A stretch of 64,000 nt of DNA from Callorhinchus milii. Lineage: Eukaryota. The notes under the pieces are model-generated. The model did not search any database. It was not told the origin of the DNA and was given only the letters and a program-made list of their open reading frames with translations. Made by a program: the position numbers and the translations under genes. Shown in pieces: positions 1 to 13,961 of the stretch; the first letter of the stretch is position 1, and the number at the start of each line of letters is the position of its first letter. Location: NCBI RefSeq assembly GCF_018977255.1, contig NW_024704743.1, positions 104,038,001-104,102,000 of the forward strand. The letters run 5' to 3'.

Positions 1-807
1 AAATTGGCAGCTGTGAACTGGTTCACATTTAAATTACCAAAACTCAAGTGGCCTAAACATTTAGATGGGTTGGAAAAAAAGCTACATCATCTAGTAGGGT
101 TTCTTCATTCTTCAAATTACAACATTCTCCATGCTTCACAGCTCTGAGCCCAGCTGTCTGGGTCATTTGAGGGCAAGAAAAACAAAAGGGTCCACCACAA
201 CACATTATGTGACGGCATTTAATGTAGCAGTGCCACCCAAAATGTATGATGAACTTGATCTGAACAAAAAATAAAGGGGATCATGACAGCTATGATAACA
301 GCTTTGGATGTTGATTGTGTGGAGCACCCTTCATTTCAGAAACTGAATAGAGTACAAGGTTATTTGTTAAGTCAGATAATCTAATTTTCTATTTCACATC
401 TCACAGGATATCGTGTCAGAAGTAAATATGGAAGAGGTTATGTAAGACACCCATAGCTAAGAATCTGCAAACCTGTGAACAAATCCCAACAGATAAATCC
501 ACCCATTAATGAAAGTATGAAGTCACTGCTGTGGAGACCTTATTCAGATTCACTCAGGAAGTAAACGCTTACTCCATGAAATGGGTCTTAAATGATCCCA
601 GTGAATGCAAATTGATTAATTGCACCATTTAATCAATGGTGCAATTAATCAATTAATCAATAATCCGTATAAGTATTCATGTGACGTCACTTCCTGGTGC
701 CTTTTTCAAATCCGCCAGGATAGGCTAAGTATAGTGTATATTCTACTATCCTTTTGCTATTTTATCCTCCCTTCCCCCCCGATCTCTGACACCTAAGTCA
801 TGACCAC

Positions 808-2640
808 TATCCCCCGCCCACCTCCCCCTCACTGTCTCCCGTAGCCCGCAGGCTGATGCTGCCCTGCTGATCACTCGATGCCGGTCTCTGCGTGCGCGTT
901 TTGGCCACTGCCCTTACCCAAGCTGCACCCCCTGAAAATGGTCCTGTTCCCATCCCCCACATTCCGCTACTCCCACTCTGTCCTTCTCTCCCACTGCCCT
1001 CCTCGCCTTCTCTCTCTCCTGGCCCTCGCTCAACCACAATCACCCGGATGAAGTTAACCACCTGCTACCTTGACCTCAACCCATCCAGCTGCTGGTCACT
1101 CAACTCCCCCTCCTCTCCCCCCTGCTGGCCAACACAGTCAACCAGTATCTCTCTCCTCAGGCTCTTTCCACTCTCCCTGAAAACTGTTGTTATCACACCC
1201 CTCCTCAAAAAACCCACCCTCTATCCCACTAATCTCGCACACTACCATCCCATCTCCAACTTACCCCTCCTTGTCAAAGTCCTGGAACGCATTGTTGCAG
1301 GTTAACTTCGGTCACACCTCTCCCTCCACTCTCTCCTTGAGCCCCTGCAGTCTGGTTTTCGCGCTGCCCACAGTACAGAGACAGCACTTGTCAAAGTCAC
1401 AAGCGACATTCTCTCTATCTGTGACCAGGGCTCCCTCTGCCTCCTTGTCCTCCTGGATCTCTCTGCCGCATTTGACACAGTCGACCATGCCATCCTCCTC
1501 CATCGGCTCTCCTCCCTCATCTACCTTAGTGGGACCACACTCGCATGGTTCGAGTCCTACTTAACCAACCACCTCCATTTCAAAACACAAAATACTGACG
1601 AAGGATCGTGGACCCAAAACATTGACTCACTTTCCTTTCTCCATAGCTGCTGCCTGACCTGCTGAGTGTTCCCAGCGACTTCTGTTTTTGTTTTCAGACC
1701 TCCATTTCATCTCAGCAAATAGTTTCTCCTCCTGCCCCCACCCAGTCACCTGCGGGGAACCCCAGGGCTCTATCCTTGTCCCTCTTCTTTTCCTTATCTA
1801 TATGCTCCCTCTGGGTATTGTCATCCGCAGACACGGGGTAAACTTCCACATATTTGCGGATGACACACAAATCTACTTTGCCTCCTCCAGTATCGACTCC
1901 AGGTCCTGCCACCTTGTCTGGCAGACATCAAGGACTGGACGAGTGTAAACATCCTGCAGCTGAATATGGACAAGACAGAAACCATACTCCTTTGGCCCCT
2001 ATCAATGTCTTCACTCCTGCGGATCTAAACTCCTCAACCTCCCTGGGCTCTCCCTCAAGACTCACCGAACCAGTGCGCAATCTAGGCGTCCGGTTTGACC
2101 CCCAACTGTCCTTCATCCCCCAGATCCAGTCCCTGGCTTTATTCCACCTCCGTCACATTGCCCGCCTACGACCGCACCTCACCCCAAATGCAGCCGAAAC
2201 CCTTGTGCATGGTCACCTCCTGCTTGGATTTCTCCAACACACTCCTCGCCAGTCTCCCCAGCTCCACCATTCACAAGATCCAGCTCATTCAAAACTCTGC
2301 TGCCTGCATACTGACCCGGACCAAACTCCATACCCACAACTCACCAGCTCTGGCCAGGTCCACTGGCTCCCCATCACCGAACGGATCTACTTCAAGATCT
2401 TCACTCTTGTGTTCAAATCCATTCACTCCCTAGCACCTCCCTATCGCCAAACTCCTCACTCTCCAATCCTCCATCCGGCGCCTCCGCTCGACTGGCACCG
2501 GCCTCTTGCTCATCCCTTTCCTGTTCGACCCTGCTTACAGCCACCTCCTTCCGGCTTGGAGTCAGGCTCCGCTACCGTTAAGCAGCCTGAGACGTCGCAC
2601 GGCGTGTTTGGCGCTATATAAATACCAGTTTTTTTGTTGT
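808..2640 (+). mobile_element. Decayed, internally deleted L2 LINE
   Basis: RT fragments (YHPISNLPLLVKVLER, PQGSILVPLLF, FADD); 3' tail GCGCTATATAAAT...TTGTTG; stops and frameshifts. Confidence 0.85.
1583..1697 (+). mobile_element. Short hammerhead-like/Penelope-type repeat inserted in L2
   Basis: Near-identical to the right arm of the 46402-46652 element; 12-bp TSD ACCTCCATTTCA at 1571-1582 and 1698-1709. Confidence 0.85.
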
Positions 2641-2796
2641 TACTTAGCTGGCTTCCATTTAGAAAGTGTTCCCCACAACATGAAAGCATCCACGTGACAA
2701 ATATAACACTCCACCTTCAAACGATTGTCAAACGTAGATAAAAGGTTCAAGAAAATCAACTGTTGCCTATATACGTCATTGGGACATTTTGAAGTA

Positions 2797-4222
2797 CAAC
2801 AACAACAACAACAAGATTCCATTTATAGAGCGCCTTTCACGTCAGGAGGACGTCCCAAGGCGCTGCACAGTTGGGTCATGACCCGAGCAGGGGGGAAATG
2901 GTCAGGGTGAGGGGAGGGAAGGGAGGGAGAGAGGAGGGGGGAAATGGTCAGGGTGAGGGGAGGGAAGGGAGGGAGCGAGGAGGAGGAAGAGAGTCGAGAG
3001 GGGAGCTGAAGGCTCGGTCAAAGAGAAAGGTTTTGAGACCGGCCTTGAAGGAGGAAAGGGAGGAAGCAAGGCGAAGGCACTGGGGGATGGAGTTCCAGAG
3101 CCTGGGGGCTGAGAGGCTGAAGGCCCGACCACCGATAGTAGGGCGGTTGGGGCGGGGGACGTGGAGCAGACCGGAGCCAGAGGAACGGAGGGTACGGGCA
3201 GGTAGGTAGGGGAATAGTAGGTTGGAGAGGTAGGAGGGAGCAAGGCCGTGAATGGCCTTGTAGGTGAGGATGAGGATCTTGAAATCAATCCTCTGGGGGA
3301 TGGGGAGCCAGTGGAGGCGAGCGAGGGTGGGAGTGATGTGGTCGCGAAGCCTGGTGCGGGACAGTACACGAGCTGCAGAGTTCTGAATGACCTGCAGCTT
3401 GTGGAGGGAGGTGGCGGGAAGGCCGGCGAGGAGAGAGTTCCCATAGTCCAGCCTTGAGGTGACAAAGGCGTGAACCAGGGTTTCAGCAGCGTGAGGGGTG
3501 AGGTAGTGCCGTAATCTGGCGATATTCCGGAGGTGATGGAAGGCGGTGCCAGTTGTGGTGCGGATGTGAGGGAGAAAGGACAGCTCAGGGTCGAACAAAA
3601 CGCCGAGGTTCCTGACTGGCTTTGAGAGGTGGAGAGTGCAGCCTTGGATGCTGATGGTGTCAGCGCCTGAGGTGCGGAGGCGCTGACGTGAGCCAATCAG
3701 GAGGGCCTCGGTTTTTCGCACGTTGAGCTGAAGAAAGTTGTCTCTCGTCCAGGACTCGATGTCGGACAGGCAGGCTGTCAGGACATCGGTGGTCGTGGAG
3801 TTGAGAGTAGAGGAGGAAAGGTAGAGTTGGGTGTCATCCGCATACATGTGGAAGTTAACCCCATGTCTGCGGATGATGTCACCAAGGGGGAGCATATAGA
3901 GGGTGAAGAGGAGGGGACCGAGGACAGAGCCCTGAGGGACACCACATGAGACAGTACGGGGGGTGGAGGAGAAGCCATTCGTTGAGACGAAGTGAAGACG
4001 GTGGGAAAGGTAAGAGCTAAACCATTCAAGGACAGTGCCTTGAAGGTTGAGGTGGGAGGACAAGCGGTGGAGTAGGATAGCGTGGTCGACCGTATCGAAT
4101 GCTGCCGATAGGTCGAGGAGGACGAGGAGACAGAGGGAGCCCTGGTCACAGATGGTCAGGATATCATTGGTGACCTTGACCAGGGCAGTTTCTGTGCTAT
4201 GAGCAGCACGGAAACCTGACTG
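2797..4222 (-). mobile_element. Young 5'-truncated L2 LINE with open RT C-terminal frame
   Basis: ORF 2948..4063 ([20 protein letters not shown]); (TTG)n tail; TGAAGTA flanks both ends. Confidence 0.93.
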
Positions 4223-4727
4223 AAGTAGGTCTATATATTCAGATGAATTGCAGGCTTCACAAATAGTTATAAATATCTAGCTAGGAGAGCACAATTGAGT
4301 ACCTATCCACCGTGGTGCAATGTGGATTCATGTTGCTCATCAATGAGGAACAAGGAAAAAAGCTATCTTAAAAAGGGAATTTAAATTTGGTTTTAAGTCC
4401 ATTATAAATTCTAGTTTACGCATAGGAAGAGAATAGGAACTAGACAAAGAAGATAGCTTGAACCATACATGAGCATTACTTACATGAATGATATATTCAA
4501 TGGCTCCACTATTACACACAGTGGATTACATCAAGCTCTATGAAGTATTCTCTATTTAGCTATAGGAGGACTTATCCTATGTTATTCTATATAGATCCAC
4601 AAATCCCAATTTTCCCACCAAGCTCTTTAAAGGGGCTAATACTGTTAGGAAGGGAGAAACAGAAGTAAGTCTGAGGGAAACTTTCAATAGATAAATATTT
4701 CAGGATTTAGCAATAAAGATATTGGAA

Positions 4728-5044
4728 TAATATAATAATAATCCTTGCATTTGATACAGCGCTTTTTACGTCTTCTAGATGTCTCAAAGCGCTTCACAGA
4801 ATGTGCTGCAAAGTGAACTGACCGTATATTTGTGTGCGAAACGAGGCAGCCAATTGTGCACAGCAGTGTTCCACAAACAGTCGTGGATTTAAAATGGCTA
4901 ATTTATTATTGTTTTTTGTTTTGGAGGGATTATTATAAGGCGTGTGGAGTAAGGAAACTTGCCCAAGGTTTTGCACTGCCTGGAATTGAACCGAAGTGTC
5001 TCGCTTGCAAGGCAAGTGCTCTAACCACTGAACTACAGGACTCC
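4728..5044 (-). mobile_element. tRNA-derived Deu-domain SINE with L2-type tail
   Basis: A/B-box head GGAGTCCTGTAGTTCAGTGGTTAGAGC; Deu-like core; (TTA)n tail. Confidence 0.9.
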
Positions 5045-7091
5045 TTGAATATAGTGTGTAAATTGAAGGTAATAGTTGCCTTTTGAGGAAACAAATTAAA
5101 TCAAGAAGCAATTATACCAAGGTACATTTTAACATCAGGACTGTACAGAATGCCTCAAGTACAATTGACAAACACTGATCTAAGAAACCTGTGGATGCTG
5201 TATGCATTAAACATTGAATTGATGGGATTTGGGGATTAGTGCTCAAATATTAGATTATTAATGCTTTATTTACTAAGTCTTAATTGCTGTTCTTCGAGTA
5301 AAATATTTGCAAAGATACTGATTGCTGCTGAAAGCAATGAACTAAAATACCTGAGTGTTACAGGAGTGAGCAGTGTATCAATTTGTGTTTGGTTATAATT
5401 ACCGATGAAGTTGAAGACTGCATAGTGATAAAACAGCAGCAACCTTTGAAAATGGAGAAATATGAATTCAACTCGAAGATGTAGACAAGCTAAAATAAAT
5501 ATTATTAAATCTTGGCACTTTCATACTTTTTCAGCAATTATCAGATTTTGATCCTCAATTTGAAAATCCATTTGATAATCTCTTTCAGGAACTTATAAAT
5601 TGCTTCATTGCCCTTTACCGAGAGGGCAAAGAGACTTAAATTTATTGCTGTATTGCACTTCTGTAAAGCGGAACTGAATCCGTGTTCATGTGAATATTTG
5701 CTCAGTGTACCTAAAACTTAAATTTTTAAAGTGATCAACAACTTGCACTCATTTTCACAATCATGATAGGATAAACCACTTGACACATATTAATAGAGGG
5801 CACCGAGGAAAGAAAAGCGATTTAAAGAGTTGGCCAATTGCACGGTTGAAGAATTTTTTTTAAGAGGGTTTTGAAGCAGGCAGTAAGGAAATAAGTCAAA
5901 GAGATTTGCAAGAGGACAGTTCACAGTGGCTGAAGGCTTGGTCTTGGATGGAGAGATTAAAAGAATACGGAGGAGCAATAGGAGCAGAGAATGAAAAGAA
6001 CAGAGAGTAAAGATGAGAGACTACAACAACAACAAGATTCCATTTATAAAGCACCTTTCACGTCAGGAGGACTAGTGCTAAAGGAGATTGCATTGGTAGG
6101 AAACTGCAAGATTCTGCAAGGATTTAAAGATTAGGATAAGGATCTTAAACTCGATTCACTGAGGTACTGGGAGCCAGCGAAGCTTGTGGGAGGGTTAATG
6201 GGTGTGCACAGCCTACTTGGAAAGAGAACTCAGACTGCAGTTTTGGATGACTTGTAAAGGATACAGCTAGGGAGCACAGAATGTTGTTGGAAAAATCTAT
6301 CCTTGAGGTGAATAGGTATGACTAAGTTTTCAGTAGCAGAGGGAGTGAGATAATATTGATACTGACTACAAAAACACATTAGCGCAGCTGAGCAACATGG
6401 AGGCAACTCACTAAAGAAATATGTGTCCTGCTGTACTTCAAATGAAACAACTACTTGTCCATTGAAACTCTCACCACAGCATCTCTGCTGTTTAACAGCT
6501 GTTTGTAACTACAGCATGAGATTACACAGTTTACAATTTCAGGGAACAAACAATGCCTTGAGTACATTCCCAAACTAGTAAAATACTTGAGAGATTAAGT
6601 TGCTGCTTGAGTTTTGCAACAATAATTTGACATCAGAATGTCAAGAGCAAAGCATAGCATGCTAACTCTGAGTTTGCAGTGTTATATCGACATGTTTAAA
6701 AAAGTCACACAGAACCTTTTGTTATATTCATATTGTAATTGGAGAAATAAAATATTGCAGCTTGGTCCATCAACCAATTAACTAATCACAGCAGAAAACC
6801 TTGAAAAGGCCCTCTTGAAACACTACGCTACTTGGAAGGACACTGTATAAATGCACCAATATAGAGACCCTCCCTTTGTCGATCATGAATTTTTTTTACA
6901 AATCAAAAGCAACATACAATCTTGGAATCCTACCAAGCCCTTTCATAATCCTGAAAATCTCAATTAAGTCACTTTGAAATCCCTTTTCCAAAGAAAACAG
7001 ATGTAGATTCTTTTAACATTTCAACTCACAACTGATATCCTGAACCATCTTTGGATGCTCATCATGTCTACCCTCATCAAGACAACAATCT

Positions 7092-7410
7092 GTGGAGTCC
7101 TGTAGCTCAGTGGTTAGAGCACTCGCCTTGTGAGTGAGACACCTGGGTTCAATTCCAGGCAGGGCGAAACCTTGGGCAAGTTTCCTTACCCCATACGCCT
7201 AATAATAATCCCTCCAAAACAAAACAATGATAAATTGGTCATTTTCAATCCACGACTGTTTGTGGGAAACTGTTGTGCACAATTGGCTGCCGCGTTTCGC
7301 CCACAAATAAACAGTCAATTCACTTTACAGTATATTCTATGAAGCGCTTTGAGACATCTAGAAGATATGAAAAGCGCTTTATCAAATGCAAGGATTATTA
7401 TTATTATTAA
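7092..7410 (+). mobile_element. tRNA-derived Deu-domain SINE
   Basis: Full-length copy of the same family. Confidence 0.92.
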
Positions 7411-8640
7411 CAATATATCCTGCGTTAAAAGAACTGCACACAATATTCCAGATTTTTTTCTTGGAGGAAGGTTGAAAGATGTCATAGAGCATTGTTTTTT
7501 GTATATATTTTTAAAACCTATTCTGCTGTACAGAAAATTGAGTGCCTTAGTTGTCTCATTCTTTATTGCAGCTAAACACTAACATAATGGTGTCAGATTT
7601 GTCCATAATACTACTAATTAGCACTCTCCACCATTTATCAGAAAAGTTGGGAGCATGAGAAGCAGCCATTTGACCCAGCCAAGTTAATCCCTCCACTACA
7701 ATAATTCCCAATTATATTCAGACAAAATCCATATATCTTATTAATTAATCTCAAAGGACCGGATGGGACCTCAATTCAGTGAGACGACGGAGAAACTGTA
7801 AGGTAGAAGGGAGTTCGCAGTAATGCAAAATCTCTTCTTCCTTGCAGTTTCTAAGCACATCCAAGTTTGATCTAATTTCCTGTGAACTTTTCAAGCTTAG
7901 TCAATAGCTTATTTAAAAACAAAATTTTGATACAAATTATTTCAAAATCAAATTAGCCCAGTCTACATTTCTGTGCATTTTTTGTCTAAAACTACCCCCT
8001 CCATTTCGATCACACCATACTTTGACAAATCTCACCCCTGCACCTGAACCAAAAGCAAATGCAGTGTAAATGTAGACAATTGATAAATGAGTGTAATGCA
8101 GAATTTTATGTTCATTGATGATAAATACAATCTTATACCAAGCACCAAATATAACATTTTGTTGTGGGGTATACAGAATATGAATTTCACAAGATCAAAT
8201 GTGGTTCAGTGTCTGGACCATTCCGAGTCAAGAGGACTAAGGGGAAATGACAATTACCACTGAGACAGTTTAATCGTCACAATTTCACTCAATGAGGTTT
8301 ATGTGAAAAATGATTCTCTCCTGACAAAAGCCTACACAATGCAAGGTACCATTATCATCAGCCCTCCCTTCCACATTACAAAATTGTTTTTATGAACATT
8401 GTTTTTAATGTAACAATTGGAAATGGAAATTCCCCACATTCATACTTAAATATTGGTCTAACTTGCACAGTAATAACTAATGAGTGGAGAGGTTGATATC
8501 ACAATATTGATTACAGCAGGTGAAGTACGCAATTCAATTACACAAAAAAAGGTAGGTACTGTATTCCTTCTAAAAAGCAACTAGCCGTAGGCAAGTCAAT
8601 TGGCAGATTGGTTCGGGTAATAATCTCTTTTAAAAAAAAC

Positions 8641-8803
8641 TGGTCAATCATTCATTGTTTGTGGGACACTGCTGTGCGCAATTGGCTGCCGCGTTTCACT
8701 CACAAAATATATAGTCAATTTATTTTGCAGTATATTCTGTGAAGTGCTTTGAGACGTCTCAATGACGTGATAAGGTGCTATACCAAATGCAAGGATAATT
8801 ATT
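8641..8803 (+). mobile_element. SINE 3' half
   Basis: TGTTTGTGGGACACTGCTGTGCGCAATTGGCTGCCGCG core plus tail. Confidence 0.8.
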
Positions 8804-11800
8804 AGTTTTGGTGCCATCACTGGGTACAAATTAGGAAACAAATCCATTTCTCAAAACTCATTCTTTGTCTCAAATATACACGAAAAGGAAATTATATAGT
8901 ACAGTACATTACAACGAATTTAAAAGACAAACATGTCTGTTCTTTGCAAAACAAGTTTTATTTTTAAAATAACCTAAATATGGTAGCTAGTGAATAGGTC
9001 CTATCCAACTGCTTATAAATTTTGTTGGGGACTAACTAGTGCACATCAAGTTGAATACTGTATGTAATGTTACTGCATTAGAACCCAAATTAATACTTGC
9101 TTTGAAGACTAAATTTCATGCACCAAAGTGTATTTTTGTTTGGAAATGTATAATGCAGCTGGAGATAAGTCACATCAAACAATTGCTTATATTTTTCATC
9201 CTTTCTACTTTCAGGAAGAATTGGCAACTGATGACTTGAAAGATCAAAGAGCTTGCAAACGTATAATTAATTATCATAAAAGGAGAAATGAAGACGAATA
9301 AGCATTTGCAACTGAAGTTGGAAAAAAAAACAATTCCAATGGCTAATTGGTGGTATATGCAATAATTTTATCATTTTTCTTTACATTTTCTTTTATTGAT
9401 ACATTTTTAACTCATTGATTCAGTAACATTATTTGGTATATTAACAATTACGAATATTGCTGGCTATCAACTTTTTATGATTAAAAATCGGTCCAAAAGA
9501 GGGAGTGAAGAGAGGTATGTGAGAGAGAGAAATAAGAGATCCCAAACATTTAAGACTGTGTGCATCATAATGTAAGATAGCAGGAACATGTACGACACTG
9601 TGTATGCAAACTGGCTGTGGGTCTCACCTTGAGGGTAGACTTAAGATCCTATACTCTTACACAACTACATTATAATAGGATCCTGAAAATTCCAAGTCTA
9701 CGTCAGAAGCTTGTGATCCTAGAGGGATGTTTAATGGAATGCTCCAGTTGAAGGGCCGTAAAATGAATAACAGCATGAGTGAGCGTGGTCACCAATTCAA
9801 AACATTCTCCAACCACTTATTTTGACAGTGTGGTTCACAGCAATTCTAGTTCTTAAGTGCCAAATGCAAATCAAAACCAAGCTAATAATTGACATAATTT
9901 TATCAGTTACGGTGGATCTTCCATCTTCTTTCCATGTCTAAAAGTACTTGACAATGTAAGTCATGTATTCCAAATGGATGGGGAGAAAAAGACATTTAAA
10001 ATTAGTTGAAGGAAGAACTAAAAAGAAAAGGCCACTGTCTCCTGCTGTAAGCCTCGGCTCAGTCATCCACTCCTCAAGTTTAACAATCATAAAAGCTCCT
10101 TTGATTTTTCTATGAGATATTTAACACCAGAATAAAGATGAGCAAACCTTTCCAAGGAATTGTTGGTAAATTTTAAGCTTGTTTTAACCAACTAGAAAAT
10201 AATGCCAATTTATACTCTCAACATGGTATAGTTTATATTACTTAGATCAAAATAACCTGAATTAGACTCACATTATCTTACTGGAAAACATTTTGTTCAG
10301 GAAAAGATTTCTTTGTTGTACAAGTATGACCAATACTGATCGACACATACCATCATTGAGAAGGAAATCATTCAATTTGTTCTTTGGTGGCATTTGATTT
10401 ATAACCACTCCCAAACGCTGTGTGTGAAGGACGCTATATAAATGCAAGTTGCTGTTGTTGATGAATTGGTTGGTAACATTATTCTATTAAAATGAGAGGT
10501 TAAAAAAAGGCAACAGAAAAGAAATGGCAGGTTTAGAAAATTATAAATTAAAAGCAGTTTGAAGACCAAGGCAAGTCAATGAATTTTGCATTGACAAAAC
10601 ATACACAGAATAATTGGCAGGAAAACAAATCTAAAATGACCAGCATAGTAGTTATTTTTAGGTCTTTAAATCATAATTTGTTGTTCTCAAATAATTTGCA
10701 AGTTATAACCAGGTTTTTGAAACCACCGTTTGCATGGAGAATTGTTTTTAATCTTGAGACTATTTTAAGATTTTTTACAAAAATAAAATATGGAATCTTG
10801 AGTAAATATTCCTCAGCATTTTGAGGAACAAAGAAACATTTAATTTTGTGAGGTAAAAATTGACAATTTGAATGAAATCATCCCCCAGCCCCCTTTCGAA
10901 CTTCTGGTTTCTTTAAAAACTAAATTCCAAAAATAAACGTGAAATTGGTTCTGAAATGTCCAAATTTAAATGTCGACGCTGTTCACTAATTTATATTCCA
11001 CCACAAGTCTAATTAAAATATAAATTGCACTCACCACCTAAAACCTTAAACATTTTCTGACATTTCATGATATTGACATTAAAAACTGGAAATATTGTTG
11101 TGGGCGCAACTGTACTGAAATCCCACTCTATTTTTGAATAATGCCAAATATATACATTTCAGCAAGTTATCAGAAAGTCATCTTTCTTTACTGTTTTCAG
11201 ACAAACTACTGGACATTTAAATAAGTAATTTGTCCCAAAATGGACCCGTAATAATTACATTCTATGGAAATTGCTATTTTTCACTTTGCTAACATAAAAG
11301 TATTGTTGAGCTACAATTAGCGTGCACCTCAACTTGCATCATGCTAGATGGTCAATCAACTGTTTCACTGCTAAAGCAACACTTCTCTCAACTATGTTTT
11401 GTTGATAATTTGCTGATATGCCAACCAGAGATTTGTATGCATTATTTGTGGCCAGGATACAATTTTGAAACAAAAAGATTAATGTTTTGAGACATTGCCC
11501 TTCTCAGAAACGAGTTCGTCGGTGGGAGTCCCTAAACATGAGAGTGAGTAAGAGAAGGGAATCATTTTATTCTTCTAGTTGTCGACAGTGACAACATTGT
11601 CTAACACCCAAAGCATGAAACGATTAATGTATCACAACACCCACACCAAAGGATTAGAATTTTGAGAGTCTGAGTGTTAATGAATAATTAATTACAAGAA
11701 AAGCAGTCAGTTTTAATGGCTTTTAAATAAAAGGTTTGTGATATCAGTAAAGCCTATTGCTGAAGTTCCAATTTATCAGCCACTACACTAAATTAAATGT

Positions 11801-13635
11801 GCACAATGACCTCTAAGCATACAGATCTGAAGTAGAAGATCAAACAGAATAAGATCCAAATATTACTGTACTTGTTCAACTTAAGTCTAAAGTAAACCTA
11901 AAATCTAAATGAGCTCAGTGATGATTATCCCAAATAATGTTTAAAATACTCCTGGTTTTCAATCCTCACTTCAGTTCCACATTTTTATGGAGAATTGGGG
12001 ACTGTAAAAATAATGAACAAGTGAGGAAAGAGACAGGTTAGATAACCTATTGAGGATTTCTTTACATGCACTCAGTACGTCCATTTTAGAAATAAAACAA
12101 ATTCTGCTTAGTTTCTTGGTTTAAGCGTATCATGTCCAGAACATGATAGGATAAATTCCTCCTAACCATGAGCTTAACCATAATTCACTGCTGATTTTGA
12201 TGGCCAGAAGTACAATGTAATTATTTATTACATCTGGCCATGAGGCATCTTCAGTTATTCGTTTTGATTCTCAACATTTGAATAGTTAAAATTCTGAAAT
12301 GTTGATATTAATTTCGTATGTCATTTTATTCATGTTGGTAGTAGGCCCACAATGCTAACACACACACAACATACAGTAAAAACTAAAATATCCAATTAAA
12401 ATACAATACAATGCATGCTTAATGGTTTTGGCAGTGTTGGGAGATAGTGACAGAGTGGGTAATGTTGAGGATATAATTCATTTTAGATGCTACAGGGTTT
12501 ATGATTTTAAAATGGGAATATTTTTGGAACTAAATATGGTTATTTCGGGGGGGGGTGGAGGGGGCGGGGGAGAAAGGGGAAGGAGAGAAAAAGCAGAGAA
12601 GCGTTCATTCCTACAGTCACATAGAAATGTTTCTGGTTTTGTCAGAAGGTAAGTATTTTAATATATTAATTAAAACATAAGGTATATTTGGTTTAGATAA
12701 CGTTTTTCTTCTCAAATTTTCTCCACTTCCTTTTCTTCTTTCTACCTTCATACAGGACCGTCCATCCACCTGTTCAGGTTAAAGATTCCACTGCACTGTT
12801 AGAAAAGAGAAGGAAGTTTCTTCCAGTGTCCTGGCCAACAATTCCCCTCCCCAAAAACTGGTCATTCACTCCAGGGATCTTTGTGGAACACTGGCTGCCG
12901 CATTTGCTTACAAAATACACAGTCACTATACTCAAATGTAAATGCTATGCAGCACTGAAATGTTTCTACGATGTGATAGGACGCTATAAATGCAAAGATT
13001 ATTAAACCTTAGTTGCATGGCTAACAGCCCTTGCTGAGGGAAGGGAAAATATCATATGCAAATCCGATTTACCCAGAACACTGGGAGAAACTTCCTTCTC
13101 TTTTTAAATAGTGCCAATGGGATCTCCAATGTGCACCTGAACAGACTGACAGAATCTTGGTTTAATGTCTCATCCCCGACATTCCCCCATCACTGTTTTG
13201 GAGCCAGTTTGATATCTAAATACATTTTCAATACCGATATAAATACCAAAATTCCACACAGCTACCCTCATAATACCACTGAGCAATCAAATCGATATTT
13301 GGGAAAATTTAAACGGAGGCATAACTCCAACCCTAAGGCATCAGTTTCGTTCCTTGTTTCACTACCCATTTTCAGGAATTTACAAAAACTTGTACCTCTT
13401 TGCAGAGCAGATGTGATGGGGTTAGGCAGGGCTGGGGGGGGGTTGTTAAGAAGTTATGAGAAACAACAACAAGATTCCACTTATATAGCACCTTTGACGT
13501 AGGGAGGACGTCCCAAGGCGCTGAGAAAGGTAACATTATGACAATCTATACATTTCTGTTCAAAATCTGAACAATACTTTCAGTGAAGTATTATCAACTA
13601 GAAACAGCAAATCTTCTTCACACTTTTCGCCTATT

Positions 13636-13961
13636 TAATAATAATAATAATAATAATCCTTGCATTTGATATAGCGCTTTTCACGTCAGGAGGACGTCCC
13701 AAAGCGCTTCACAGAACACACTGCAAAGTGAATTGACTGTTTATTTGTGGGCGAACGCGGCAGCCAATTGCGCACAGCAATGTCCCACAAACAGTCGTAG
13801 ATTAAAAATGACCAATTTTATTATTGTTTTTGGTTTTTGGAGGGATTATTATTAGGCGTGTGGAGTAAGGAAACTTGCCCAAGGTTTCGCCCTGCCTGGA
13901 ATTGAACTCAAGTCTCTCGCTTGCAAAGCGAGTGCTCTAACCACTGAGCTACAGGACTCCA
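13636..13961 (-). mobile_element. tRNA-derived Deu-domain SINE
   Basis: Full-length, low divergence. Confidence 0.92.

Noticed and set aside
2902..3696. Pro/Ser-rich and Gly/Glu-rich ORFs overlapping L2 copies, and many short AT-rich ORFs
   Set aside because: Alternative or antisense frames of repeats, or chance ORFs with no recognisable homology or splice structure.
7092..7170. tRNA-Ala-like genes at SINE heads (also 13890-13961, 14146, 62351 and others)
   Set aside because: Each continues into a SINE body and tail with no proper acceptor stem or Pol III terminator; they are SINE heads, not tRNA genes.
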